A DNA stretch of 64,000 nt from an uncultured Rhodospirillales bacterium (GCA_903822185.1 CAIJOA010000049.1:432-64431), one strand, 5' to 3'. Shown: positions 42,686 to 50,539, counted from the first letter of the stretch. Numbers and translations: made by a program. The notes: generated from the sequence alone by a model not told the origin.

Positions 42686-42883
42686 ATGCCCTCGAAAAAT
42701 CGGCTAACCGTGAACTTGTCAGACGAAGAAGCGATGGCACTCGACGAACTCTCCGAGAAATCCAGAGTTTCTAAAGCGTGGATTGGTCGGCATGCAATTT
42801 GTTCGTTGCTGGAGCGCGCACAAGGCGATCACAATCAGCTTCCGCTCCCCCTAACCGAGCTGGCGCGCAAGGGGGAACGATGA
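42686..42883 (+). CDS. Ribbon-helix-helix (CopG/Arc/MetJ-type) DNA-binding protein
   Basis: MPSKNRLTVNLSDEEAMALDELSEKSRVSKAWIGRHAICSLLER follows the beta-strand plus two-helix RHH pattern. The stop overlaps the methyltransferase start (ATGA). The long ORF starts at 42653. Confidence 0.7.
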   Translation: MPSKNRLTVNLSDEEAMALDELSEKSRVSKAWIGRHAICSLLERAQGDHNQLPLPLTELARKGER

Positions 42884-44784
42884 CTGGAATCAAAAGCGGG
42901 CTCAAAACTCCGCGAACAAAATTAGAGCCGAAAAACAGGCGCGCCGAAAAACCTGAGAAGCCCGGTGCTGGTCGGCGGATTTTGAGTTTTTTCACCGGTT
43001 GCGGTGGGCTTGACCTGGGCTTCGAACAGGCTGGGTTTGAAACCGTTTATGCAACGGACATCGACCAGGACTCCTGCAACACCCTTGGCCTTAATCTTGG
43101 TACGTATTTTAATAGGGGCATCGTGATTGAGCGAGCCGACATACTCGCGATAAAGCCAAAGACACTGCCGAAGAATATTGACCTGGTGATAGGCGGACCA
43201 CCCTGCCAAAGTTTTTCGGCGTCAGGTAGGAGGGCTGGAGGTGCTGCAGGTCGGCTGGACGAGCGAGGGCGCCTTTTTGAAGCCTATTGTAATATCATCA
43301 AGAGCGTTCGGCCAAAGGCGTTTGTATTTGAAAATGTCCGTGGAATTCTCGGCACGAACAAGGGCGAAGATTGGAAGGCCATTACGAAGGCTTTCGGCAA
43401 GCTTGGCTACACCATCAGCTATCGGCTGCTAGACGCACTTGATTATGGCGCTCCCCAACAGCGGGAGAGAATGTTTTTGGTAGGACACCAGCTCGATACG
43501 CCGTTCCTGTTTCCTGAGCCGACGCATGGCCCGGACTCCTTCGATGGGCGGGTACACGTTACCACTGGGTTGGCGTTCGAGGGTATTGTTCAAGATGAAG
43601 ACCTCGATGCCCTACAGTTATCGGGTGGAAAGTATTCTCATCTGCTTCCCTTGGTGCCGCCGGGTCAAAATTATCTCTACTTCACAGCACAACGTGGCTA
43701 TCCTCGCCCTATATTCGCTTATCGCTCGCGCTTCTCGGATTTCTTATACAAGGCGAACCCTGAAACTCCGGTCAAAACCATCATTGCCAGTCCCGGAAAA
43801 TATACGGGTCCTTTGCATTGGGATAATCGCTATTTTTCAGTGCGGGAATATATGCGTTTGCAGGGATTTCCTGACGACTTCAGGTTTAGTGGAAACCGCG
43901 TCGATATAGTCCGCCAAATTGGTAACTCCGTCAGTCCGCATATTGCTTACCAACTGGCACGCGCAATCGCGGCTCAGGTTTTTGGCGAGAGAATACCCGT
44001 GCGGTTGCTCGATGCCGACCGGGTTCTATCTTTTGACAGTAGAAAGGGAGCCAAGGCCCGAACCACCCGCGCGATGCATTCCGCAATCGTAAAGCAGGCA
44101 CCTTCGGTCTTACATCGGCCGTTCTTTAACCCATCAAGCTATACGGCCCAGGAGGAAAGCGCGGGCGTTCACGGGGTACAAGCCAAAGTGCGCGCAGCTG
44201 TTGGCGCGCGGGGCGTTTCTCTGCGAGTCGATACGGACGCTTCAGGCGAGTTGTTCGCAAAGATGGAGCTTGCAGTTCGTCAGGCTAATGGTGCTGACGC
44301 TCCATCGCTCAAGGTGAGCGTGACCGGTTACGGACGTGACCCGGGTACAATTCAAGCAATGTGGAATGCGGTAGATGAATGGGTCCGCCAGTCCAGCGAC
44401 TTCCACTCTCTTTTCGAGCTTTATGGACACTTTACCGAGCCGCACCCGTTATTTTCGGTCGTGAGCTTTTCCGCCGCTTCACGGCACCCGGTCGCGTGTT
44501 TTGCGGAACACGCGGCCGATTTTTCTAAATGCTCGCGCTACTTCCCGAAGTCTCATCTGGTCGCCTTGTTCAGCAGCGTATTGAAGACGGACTCGTTCGC
44601 CGAGATTGCGGATTACCTGCGCAGCTACCGCTTTGACATCAGGTCCAAGGAGACCAATATTGCCATCGGCAACGATCAATACATGGTAGCTTACCCCTTT
44701 AATCTTCCCGCTAGAAGGCAGATGAATTTTAGAGTGCGCCAACGTGAAGAAGCAGCGCCCCGGCGTCTTGGGGTGTTGGCATGA
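42880..44784 (+). CDS. DNA (cytosine-5)-methyltransferase with ~270-aa C-terminal extension of unknown function
   Basis: Motif I FFTGCGGLDLGF, IV GGPPCQSFS, VI FVFENVRGIL, VIII YGAPQQRERMFLVG, IX REYMRLQGFPDDF and X QIGNSVSPHIAYQLARAI. The start ATG 42880 (MTGIKSG) is coupled to the RHH stop, and about 270 residues follow motif X. Confidence 0.9.
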   Translation: MTGIKSGLKTPRTKLEPKNRRAEKPEKPGAGRRILSFFTGCGGLDLGFEQAGFETVYATDIDQDSCNTLGLNLGTYFNRGIVIERADILAIKPKTLPKNIDLVIGGPPCQSFSASGRRAGGAAGRLDERGRLFEAYCNIIKSVRPKAFVFENVRGILGTNKGEDWKAITKAFGKLGYTISYRLLDALDYGAPQQRERMFLVGHQLDTPFLFPEPTHGPDSFDGRVHVTTGLAFEGIVQDEDLDALQLSGGKYSHLLPLVPPGQNYLYFTAQRGYPRPIFAYRSRFSDFLYKANPETPVKTIIASPGKYTGPLHWDNRYFSVREYMRLQGFPDDFRFSGNRVDIVRQIGNSVSPHIAYQLARAIAAQVFGERIPVRLLDADRVLSFDSRKGAKARTTRAMHSAIVKQAPSVLHRPFFNPSSYTAQEESAGVHGVQAKVRAAVGARGVSLRVDTDASGELFAKMELAVRQANGADAPSLKVSVTGYGRDPGTIQAMWNAVDEWVRQSSDFHSLFELYGHFTEPHPLFSVVSFSAASRHPVACFAEHAADFSKCSRYFPKSHLVALFSSVLKTDSFAEIADYLRSYRFDIRSKETNIAIGNDQYMVAYPFNLPARRQMNFRVRQREEAAPRRLGVLA

Positions 44785-44884
44785 GCGGGGACGTCGCTGG
44801 TGACAGGACAGCCTGGCTCAACTCAATAACGCAATCGCATTAGCTGAAGCTGCGTTTGCAGCGGGTACGCAGCCTCAAGTCTCC

Positions 44885-45925
44885 TTGTCCCCCAGATTGC
44901 AAGGATCGCTGGATGCGCTTCATGCTCGCGCCCAAGCGGCCTCGGCGGTCTTCACCAACATAGTGACGTGCCTCGCAATCAAATCGGCGAGGCCGGACTC
45001 TGACATGCGGTATCATCAAACTCAGATTCAGAAAGATACCGATCGGTCAGCAGGAGTGAACTTCCGCGGTATCAGCGAGGATATAGTTTATCCTTGGCTT
45101 AGCCGGAATCGTTTTGAGGGTGCAAAATCGGGATGGCAGACCCGGACGTTGGAGCGCCCTAAGCCTTACACGATGACTTATGACGAAAACATCGCCTATG
45201 TAAAAACTGAGTTTCTTGCTGTGTTCGATGAGATTGAGGAGCACGCGCAGCCCGCCTTTTACGCTCTCACCTACCTTATCTTTAAGCAGGTCGTCCGACG
45301 GGAAGAAGTAAGGATCACTCTTTCAATTCCAAAAACGCAGGATATCGGCACCATTGTCGAACTGTTTCGACTTCATTTCTTTCGGTCTTACAAGGGGTCA
45401 AAAGGCGCTTCGCGGCTGCCAGTCTTAGCGCTACACGCCATTTACAGCGTCATGGTCCCCGAACTCAAGCGCTATGCGGGGAAAACGGTAGTCGCACTCA
45501 ACGCTCACTCGGCTGCCGACTCCCAGACCGGGTCTATTGGCGACATCGAAGTTTCGGATAACGAGAACGCTGAAATCTTTGAGGCCGTGGAGGTAAAGCA
45601 CGCTTTGCCGATAGTTGAGTCAATAGCTGCTGATGTGCAACTCAAGGTGATGGACAAGTCGATTGCCCGTTACTACATTTTGACAACTCATCAGAATTGT
45701 GAGCCAGATGACGGTGCCAAAAAAATCATTGAGAATATAAAAGCAGTTTATGACTGTCAGGTGATAGCAAATGGCGTGATGCCGACAATTCGTTATTACC
45801 TCCGGCTGCTTGAAGACCCAAGCGCCATATTTCCCGCGTATGTTGAGCTGCTGCAAAGCGACAAGGCGCTCGCCCATGAACACCGCACCGCTTGGAATGA
45901 CGTCGTTATGAGCATAACAAATTAG
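44885..45925 (+). CDS. Putative type II restriction endonuclease (PD-(D/E)XK candidate); start codon uncertain
   Basis: 346-aa ORF (TTG start). GSIGDIEVSDNENAEIFEAVEVKHAL fits D...E-x-K. It lies 100 nt downstream of the C5 methyltransferase, on the same strand and in the same low-GC DNA. Confidence 0.55.
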   Translation: MSPRLQGSLDALHARAQAASAVFTNIVTCLAIKSARPDSDMRYHQTQIQKDTDRSAGVNFRGISEDIVYPWLSRNRFEGAKSGWQTRTLERPKPYTMTYDENIAYVKTEFLAVFDEIEEHAQPAFYALTYLIFKQVVRREEVRITLSIPKTQDIGTIVELFRLHFFRSYKGSKGASRLPVLALHAIYSVMVPELKRYAGKTVVALNAHSAADSQTGSIGDIEVSDNENAEIFEAVEVKHALPIVESIAADVQLKVMDKSIARYYILTTHQNCEPDDGAKKIIENIKAVYDCQVIANGVMPTIRYYLRLLEDPSAIFPAYVELLQSDKALAHEHRTAWNDVVMSITN

Positions 45926-45955
45926 GTCCAGCGTGCTCGCCTGTAGGCGCGCGCT

Positions 45956-46515
45956 TTAACGCGCCGAAACCTGCGGCAAATCGTCAAGCCGCGTTGTGTA
46001 GCAAGGCGAGAAGTTGGCTTTCTGCATCGACCATGCCGGCGCGGCCCCGACCGCGCCAGGCCGGGCCGTTCCTCGGCCGAAGCGGCCATTGATGGCGTCA
46101 AGCGCGCCCATGAGCGCTTTTGATTTCGCCGGGTCGCGCGTCGCGAACATATCGGCGATTGGCAGCTTGACCGGACGATAGAGGTCCACCAGCACGACAC
46201 CCGCCTTGGCGTAGCGGAATCCGTCTCGCCATAGGCTCTCGGCCCCGCGCGTCGCGGCCGAGATGAGGGCGAAGCTGTCGGCCATCGCCTCGATTTCGAT
46301 GGTGCGCTGGTTGCTGTAGGACGGGTCTCCGTTGAATCGGTTGGTGTGCATGAATACCTGCATGCCCGCTGCCTGCAGGCCGTGCCGGCGCAGCTTCTCG
46401 GCGGCGCGTGTAATGTAGGTTGCCACGGCTTCGCGCATTTCGGGCCAGGCTGTGATGGGCCGCCCGAAACTGCGAGTCACCGCGATTGTTTTCCGCGGCG
46501 ACGGATTGATGCGAT
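45956..46515 (-). pseudogene. umuC: 3' fragment of umuC (Y-family DNA polymerase V catalytic subunit)
   Basis: PRKTIAVTRSFGRPITAWPEMREAVATYITRAAEKLRRHGL...YAKAGVVLVDL...FSPCYTTRLDDLPQV aligns with the C-terminal ~180 aa of UmuC. The N-terminal ~240 aa and umuD are absent, and the reading frame runs into the REP-like repeat. Confidence 0.8.
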
Positions 46516-46525
46516 TCGTTCTGCC

Positions 46526-46559
46526 CTCATCCCGAGCGAAGTCGAGGGACGCAGGATGG
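46526..46559 (+). repeat. REP-like dispersed repeat, copy 4
   Basis: ctcatcccgagcgaagtcgagggacgcaggatgg. Confidence 0.7.
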
Positions 46560-46573
46560 ATCGGCAGTCGGCG

Positions 46574-47323
46574 CTAACTTCCCCCGAAACTCTGCACCAA
46601 ACTCCCGGCGACCAGATACCAGCCATCCACGAGGACGAAGAAGATCAGCTTGAACGGCAGCGAGATCGTCACCGGCGGCAGCATCATCATGCCCATCGAC
46701 ATGAGGATGGAGGCGATGACGATGTCGATGATGAGGAATGGCAGGAACAGCAGGAAGCCGATCTCGAAGGCGCGGCGCAGTTCGCTGATCATGAAAGCGG
46801 GAACGACGACGCGCAGCGGTACGTCCTTGGCTTCGATGGCGGCGGTATCGACCTTGGCCATGCCGGCGAAAAGTTGCAGATCCTGATCGCGGACATGGGC
46901 GATCATAAATTCGTGGAACGGCGCCGCGGTCAGCTCGAAAGCCTGCTGCTCGGTAATCTTCTCGGCGATCAGCGGTGCGATGCCGTTGTTATAGGCGGTC
47001 TCGAGCGTCGGCGACATGACGAAGCCGGTGAGGAACAGGGCGAGGCTGACCAGGACGATGTTCGGCGGGGTCGATTGCGTGCCCATCGCGTTGCGCAGGA
47101 ACGACAGCACGACGATGATGCGGGTGAAAGACGTGACGGTAATGAGAATGGCCGGCGCAAGGCTCAGGACCGTCAACAGCATCAACAGCTGAACGATGCG
47201 GCCGGTCGAAGAGCCGGCGCCGTCGCCCATATCGATGCTCAGCGACTGCGCGAAAGCGGGGTGCGACGCGAACAAGAAAACAAACGGCACGATCAGAAGC
47301 GCTCGTGCCAACCAACGATTCAT
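46574..47323 (-). CDS. fliP: Flagellar export apparatus protein FliP
   Basis: I place the start at ATG 47323 (MNRWLARALLIVPFVFLFASHPAFA signal). SFTRIIVVLSFLRNAMGTQSTPPN...PAFMISELRRAFEIGFLLFLPFLIIDIVIASILMSMGMMMLPP are FliP signatures. The 393-aa long ORF is an artefactual extension through fliO. Confidence 0.95.
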   Translation of the reverse strand: MNRWLARALLIVPFVFLFASHPAFAQSLSIDMGDGAGSSTGRIVQLLMLLTVLSLAPAILITVTSFTRIIVVLSFLRNAMGTQSTPPNIVLVSLALFLTGFVMSPTLETAYNNGIAPLIAEKITEQQAFELTAAPFHEFMIAHVRDQDLQLFAGMAKVDTAAIEAKDVPLRVVVPAFMISELRRAFEIGFLLFLPFLIIDIVIASILMSMGMMMLPPVTISLPFKLIFFVLVDGWYLVAGSLVQSFGGS

Positions 47324-47658
47324 GACGAAGACCCCGGCAATTGGCCCGGTAAATGGCCCGACAAATGGGATGTGAAATTTTCGGGCGTGTCGGTCGATGG
47401 AACAATGCCGCGTTCGATCAGGAGATCGGAAGTGAGGCCTAAGAGAATAAGATGCTCGACGCCGTCGCGCTTGACGAGGACGAGGCGGCGCTTGCCGTCG
47501 AGCGAGATGACTTCCTGCACCGCGAGGCGCTTCTTGCCGCGCGCTAGCGCGATGCGGCCGCCGAAGCCGAGACGTTTGGCAACCCAGGTCAAGGCGAAGA
47601 TCAGCGCAACGACGATGATCAGCGCGCCGACGAAGCGCCAGTAAATGTCGTCGGTCAT
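47320..47658 (-). CDS. fliO: Flagellar export protein FliO
   Basis: 112 aa with a single TM FVGALIIVVALIFALTWVAKRL, then KRLAVQEVISLDGKRRLVLVKRDGVEHLILLG. The stop overlaps the fliP start. Confidence 0.85.
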   Translation of the reverse strand: MTDDIYWRFVGALIIVVALIFALTWVAKRLGFGGRIALARGKKRLAVQEVISLDGKRRLVLVKRDGVEHLILLGLTSDLLIERGIVPSTDTPENFTSHLSGHLPGQLPGSSS

Positions 47659-47951
47659 CGAGCGTCCCGTTGCGGCGCGTAAGCGCGCTTGGCCCGGTCG
47701 GCGACGGCGCCCGCGTGGCGTTGCTGCAGATCGGTTTCCAACTCGTCGATTTCATGAAGCAGGGATTCGAGCGCGCTGAGAATGCCGCGGCGTTCGGTCA
47801 TGCCGGCCTGCTGCGCATCCTGGACGACGCGGGCGACGGCTCCATCGAGACCGAGATATTCGATCTCGGCGCCGCTGGCGATCGCGTCGCGCGAACGGGC
47901 GATGGCGTTCTGGATGTCCGAAAGCTGATCGGTGACGGAAGGCGACATCAT
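47655..47951 (-). CDS. Hypothetical 98-aa helical protein, translationally coupled upstream of fliO
   Basis: ORF with 4-nt overlaps on both sides. I recognise no family. Confidence 0.5.
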   Translation of the reverse strand: MMSPSVTDQLSDIQNAIARSRDAIASGAEIEYLGLDGAVARVVQDAQQAGMTERRGILSALESLLHEIDELETDLQQRHAGAVADRAKRAYAPQRDAR

Positions 47952-48190
47952 GACGTGTGCTCCGAATGTTGACGCTGATTATCAGCGAGGAGGTGAAAAA
48001 GTACGTCGGCTACGACCGCGAGGGCCTCGACCGGGACCTGCTCGCCGATCTTGAGGGCGGCGAGGAGTTCGTTGAGCCCAGCGTCGTACCGGACGGTCAT
48101 CCCATGCGCGGCCATCAGCGCGCGCAGCCGGTCGGTCACGGCATCGCGGCCGGTCGTCGGGGCAGGGGTTTGATCGTCGGGCGGGGCCAA
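47948..48190 (-). CDS. Hypothetical 80-aa protein, first ORF of the fliO-fliP string (TTG start, uncertain)
   Basis: ORF coupled to the 98-aa ORF. I recognise no family, and the start codon is non-ATG. Confidence 0.4.
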   Translation of the reverse strand: MAPPDDQTPAPTTGRDAVTDRLRALMAAHGMTVRYDAGLNELLAALKIGEQVPVEALAVVADVLFHLLADNQRQHSEHTS

Positions 48191-48191
48191 A

Positions 48192-48255
48192 ATGGTTAAT
48201 TCCGGGTCTTGTGTTGCCCCGATTTTCGGCCCGAGAAGGTTAATTTTGTGTTGCC
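48192..48255 (-). promoter_or_regulatory. CtrA-type TTAACCAT motif and direct repeats GGTTAATT...TGTGTTGCC in the fliO/flgB divergent region
   Basis: Minus-strand TTAACCAT at 48192-48199. The repeats ggttaattccgggtcttgtgttgcc (48194-48218) and ggttaattttgtgttgcc (48238-48255) follow. Confidence 0.4.
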
Positions 48256-48299
48256 GTCCCGGTCTTTTTCCCGGGTTTATGCGGGTCCAGTGGCCGCGC

Positions 48300-48314
48300 T
48301 TTACGCTTTATTAA
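48300..48314 (+). promoter_or_regulatory. Near-consensus CtrA box upstream of flgB
   Basis: TTTA-cgcttta-TTAA, ending 24 nt before ATG 48339. The geometry matches the fliX box. Confidence 0.35.
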
Positions 48315-48338
48315 GGTAAACGGCGCGATGATCACTTC

Positions 48339-48746
48339 ATGGACCTAAACCACGTTCCCCTTTTCGAGGCGCTTGCCAAGCGCATGAACTGGATCACCCA
48401 GCGCCAAACGGTGCTGGCTGAAAACGTCGCCAATTCCAACACGCCGGGTTACGTCACCAAGGACTTGAAGGAGCCGGACTTCAGTTCGTTTCTCAAGAAA
48501 TCCGCGGGTGGTGTCACCATGGCCGCGACCCGGCCCAATCATATCGGCGGCAGCAATAGCCCCGACGCCTCGTTGAAACCGGCCGAAATGGTCACGGACA
48601 GCAGCCTCGACGGCAACGGCGTCTCGGTCGAAGCCCAGATGATGAAAGTTTCCGCGAACTCGTCGGACTACGCCCTAATCACCGGCCTCTACAAGCAGCA
48701 TCTGAGCCTCATCAAGATGGTGTTGGGCGGCGGTGGCGGCGGTTGA
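48339..48746 (+). CDS. flgB: Flagellar proximal rod protein FlgB
   Basis: 135 aa. QRQTVLAENVANSNTPGY is the rod N-motif, and it is first in the flgB-flgC-fliE order. Confidence 0.92.
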   Translation: MDLNHVPLFEALAKRMNWITQRQTVLAENVANSNTPGYVTKDLKEPDFSSFLKKSAGGVTMAATRPNHIGGSNSPDASLKPAEMVTDSSLDGNGVSVEAQMMKVSANSSDYALITGLYKQHLSLIKMVLGGGGGG

Positions 48747-48763
48747 TAGAGGAGTGACAGGTA

Positions 48764-49174
48764 ATGGAACTCGATAAATCATTTGCGATCGCTTTCTCGG
48801 GCATGAGCGCCCAGAGCGAACGCCTTAAGGTCATCGCCGAAAACCTCGCGAACGCGGATTCCACCGCGACGACGGCGGGCGGCGATCCTTACAAGCGCAA
48901 GATCATCACCTTCGAAGATCAGCTCGATCGCAGCATGGGCGTCTCGAAGGTTCACGTCTCGGGCGTCAAGCAGGTCGATGGCGGTTTCGGCCGTGCGTTC
49001 GAGCCGGGTCATCCGGCGGCGGACGCAAGCGGCTATGTCAAAACGCCGAACGTCAATTCGGTCACCGAACTGATGGATATGCGCGAAGCACAGCGCAGTT
49101 ACGAAGCCAATCTGAACGTGATCGATGCGGCGAAGGCAATGCTGAGCCGCACCATCGATCTTCTGCGCGGCTAA
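48764..49174 (+). CDS. flgC: Flagellar rod protein FlgC
   Basis: SGMSAQSERLKVIAENLANADST...VNSVTELMDMREAQRSYEANLNVIDAAKAM. Confidence 0.95.
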   Translation: MELDKSFAIAFSGMSAQSERLKVIAENLANADSTATTAGGDPYKRKIITFEDQLDRSMGVSKVHVSGVKQVDGGFGRAFEPGHPAADASGYVKTPNVNSVTELMDMREAQRSYEANLNVIDAAKAMLSRTIDLLRG

Positions 49175-49187
49175 AGGGGAATAGATC

Positions 49188-49490
49188 ATGTCGATCAATA
49201 TCAGCAGCGCACTCAGCGCCTACGCGAACGCCGGCAAGATCGGGGCCGGGGCGGCGACGCCCGCCGCGGGCGGCACCAGTTTCGGCCAGATGGTTCAGGA
49301 CGCCGCCAAGAACGTCATGGACAATCTCGGCAAGAGCGAACAGGCCAGCATGCAGGCCGCGACCGGCAAGGCCGATCTCGCCGCGGTTACCGAAGCCGTC
49401 ACCAACGCGCAGGTTTCGCTGCAGACCGCCGTCGCGGTGCGCGATCGGGTAATCGCCGCCTACCAAGACATCATCAAAATGCCGATGTAA
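49188..49490 (+). CDS. fliE: Flagellar hook-basal body complex protein FliE
   Basis: 100 aa with C-terminal AVTNAQVSLQTAVAVRDRVIAAYQDIIKMPM. Confidence 0.9.
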   Translation: MSINISSALSAYANAGKIGAGAATPAAGGTSFGQMVQDAAKNVMDNLGKSEQASMQAATGKADLAAVTEAVTNAQVSLQTAVAVRDRVIAAYQDIIKMPM

Positions 49491-49496
49491 TGAATC

Positions 49497-49760
49497 ATGA
49501 CCTCCGCTGATGCCATTTCGGTCGGGCGCGACGCCATCATCGTCTCGCTCAAACTCGGTGCCCCGGCGATGCTGCTCGCGCTCGCGGTCGGCCTCGTCAT
49601 TTCTTTCATTCAGGCCCTGACCCAAATCCAGGAACAGACCCTGACCTTCGTCCCGAAGATGCTGGTCATCCTGTTGTCTGTCCTTTTGTTCATGCCGTTC
49701 ATGCTCTCGACCTTGTCGGCCTTCACCGAAGAGCTGATGGGTAAGATCATTTCCGGCTAG
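49497..49760 (+). CDS. fliQ: Flagellar export apparatus protein FliQ
   Basis: 87 aa with two TM segments. IQALTQIQEQTLTFVPK is the FliQ motif. Confidence 0.93.
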   Translation: MTSADAISVGRDAIIVSLKLGAPAMLLALAVGLVISFIQALTQIQEQTLTFVPKMLVILLSVLLFMPFMLSTLSAFTEELMGKIISG

Positions 49761-49771
49761 GGCCTCTCAGG

Positions 49772-50536
49772 TTGAATCTCGCGCAATATCTGCCGACGAA
49801 TATCTTTGCCGCGATGCTGGTCTTCGCGCGCATCGGCTCGGCCATGATGTTGCTGCCGGGATTCGGCGAAGCCTACGTGCCCGCGCGCTTTCGGTTGCTG
49901 CTCGCGGTGATCCTGTCCGGCCTGTTGCTGCCGATCCTCATTCCCATTCTGCCGCGCCTGCCGTCGAGCCCCGCGCAGCTTGTGCTCGTTCTCGGCGGCG
50001 AAATCGTCGTCGGGCTATTCATTGGCACGATGGCGCGGCTGTTCATGTCGGCGCTGCAAACCGCCGGGCAGATCGTCTCACTGCAGACCGGCCTTTCCAA
50101 CGCACAATTGTTCAATCCGGCCGAAGGGTCGCAGGATGCCGTGCCCAGCGCCTTTTATGGTGCGCTCGGCGTTCTGGTGATCTTCCTGACCAATCTCCAT
50201 CACATGATGTTGCGCGGGCTGGTCGATAGCTACACCGTATTCATTCCGGGGCGGCTGCCGCCGATCGAGGATTTCACCAAGGCGATCACCCAAACCGTCG
50301 GCTATTCTTTCCGGTTGGCGATGGAGATGGCGTCGCCTTTCATCGTTCTCGGCACCGTCTTCTTTATCGCGCTGGGTCTTATCTCGCGCATGGTGCCGCA
50401 ATTGCAAATTCTATTCGTGTCGCAGCCGCTGCAGATTCTCGGCGGACTGCTGCTGATGGCTATTCTGGTCGCGACCGGCATGGGCTGGTTCCTCGACGTC
50501 TTCTCGCAACAGTTCCAAGCCATCTTCTCCGGGTGA
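49772..50536 (+). CDS. fliR: Flagellar export apparatus protein FliR (TTG start)
   Basis: 254-aa polytopic membrane protein between fliQ and flhB. Confidence 0.9.
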   Translation: MNLAQYLPTNIFAAMLVFARIGSAMMLLPGFGEAYVPARFRLLLAVILSGLLLPILIPILPRLPSSPAQLVLVLGGEIVVGLFIGTMARLFMSALQTAGQIVSLQTGLSNAQLFNPAEGSQDAVPSAFYGALGVLVIFLTNLHHMMLRGLVDSYTVFIPGRLPPIEDFTKAITQTVGYSFRLAMEMASPFIVLGTVFFIALGLISRMVPQLQILFVSQPLQILGGLLLMAILVATGMGWFLDVFSQQFQAIFSG

Positions 50537-50539
50537 GCC

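Larger units (their letters stand above)
41977..46559. mobile_element. Degraded low-GC genomic island carrying an R-M-like module, bounded by inverted REP-like repeats
   Basis: Hand-counted 60-nt lines inside give about 48-55% GC against about 62% outside. It contains gene relics (a replication-initiator-like fragment and a umuC 3' fragment) and an RHH-methyltransferase-nuclease set. No integrase or transposase was seen. Confidence 0.55.

Noticed and set aside
47324-47755. N-terminal 144-aa extension of the fliP ORF (393-aa version in the ORF track)
   Set aside because: The extension is Arg-rich, overlaps fliO in another frame and precedes a clean FliP signal peptide starting at ATG 47323, which overlaps the fliO stop.
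48292-48306. TGGCCGCGCTTTACGC as a sigma54 promoter for flgB
   Set aside because: The spacing gives GG-N11-GC rather than N10, and the -12 region is poor.
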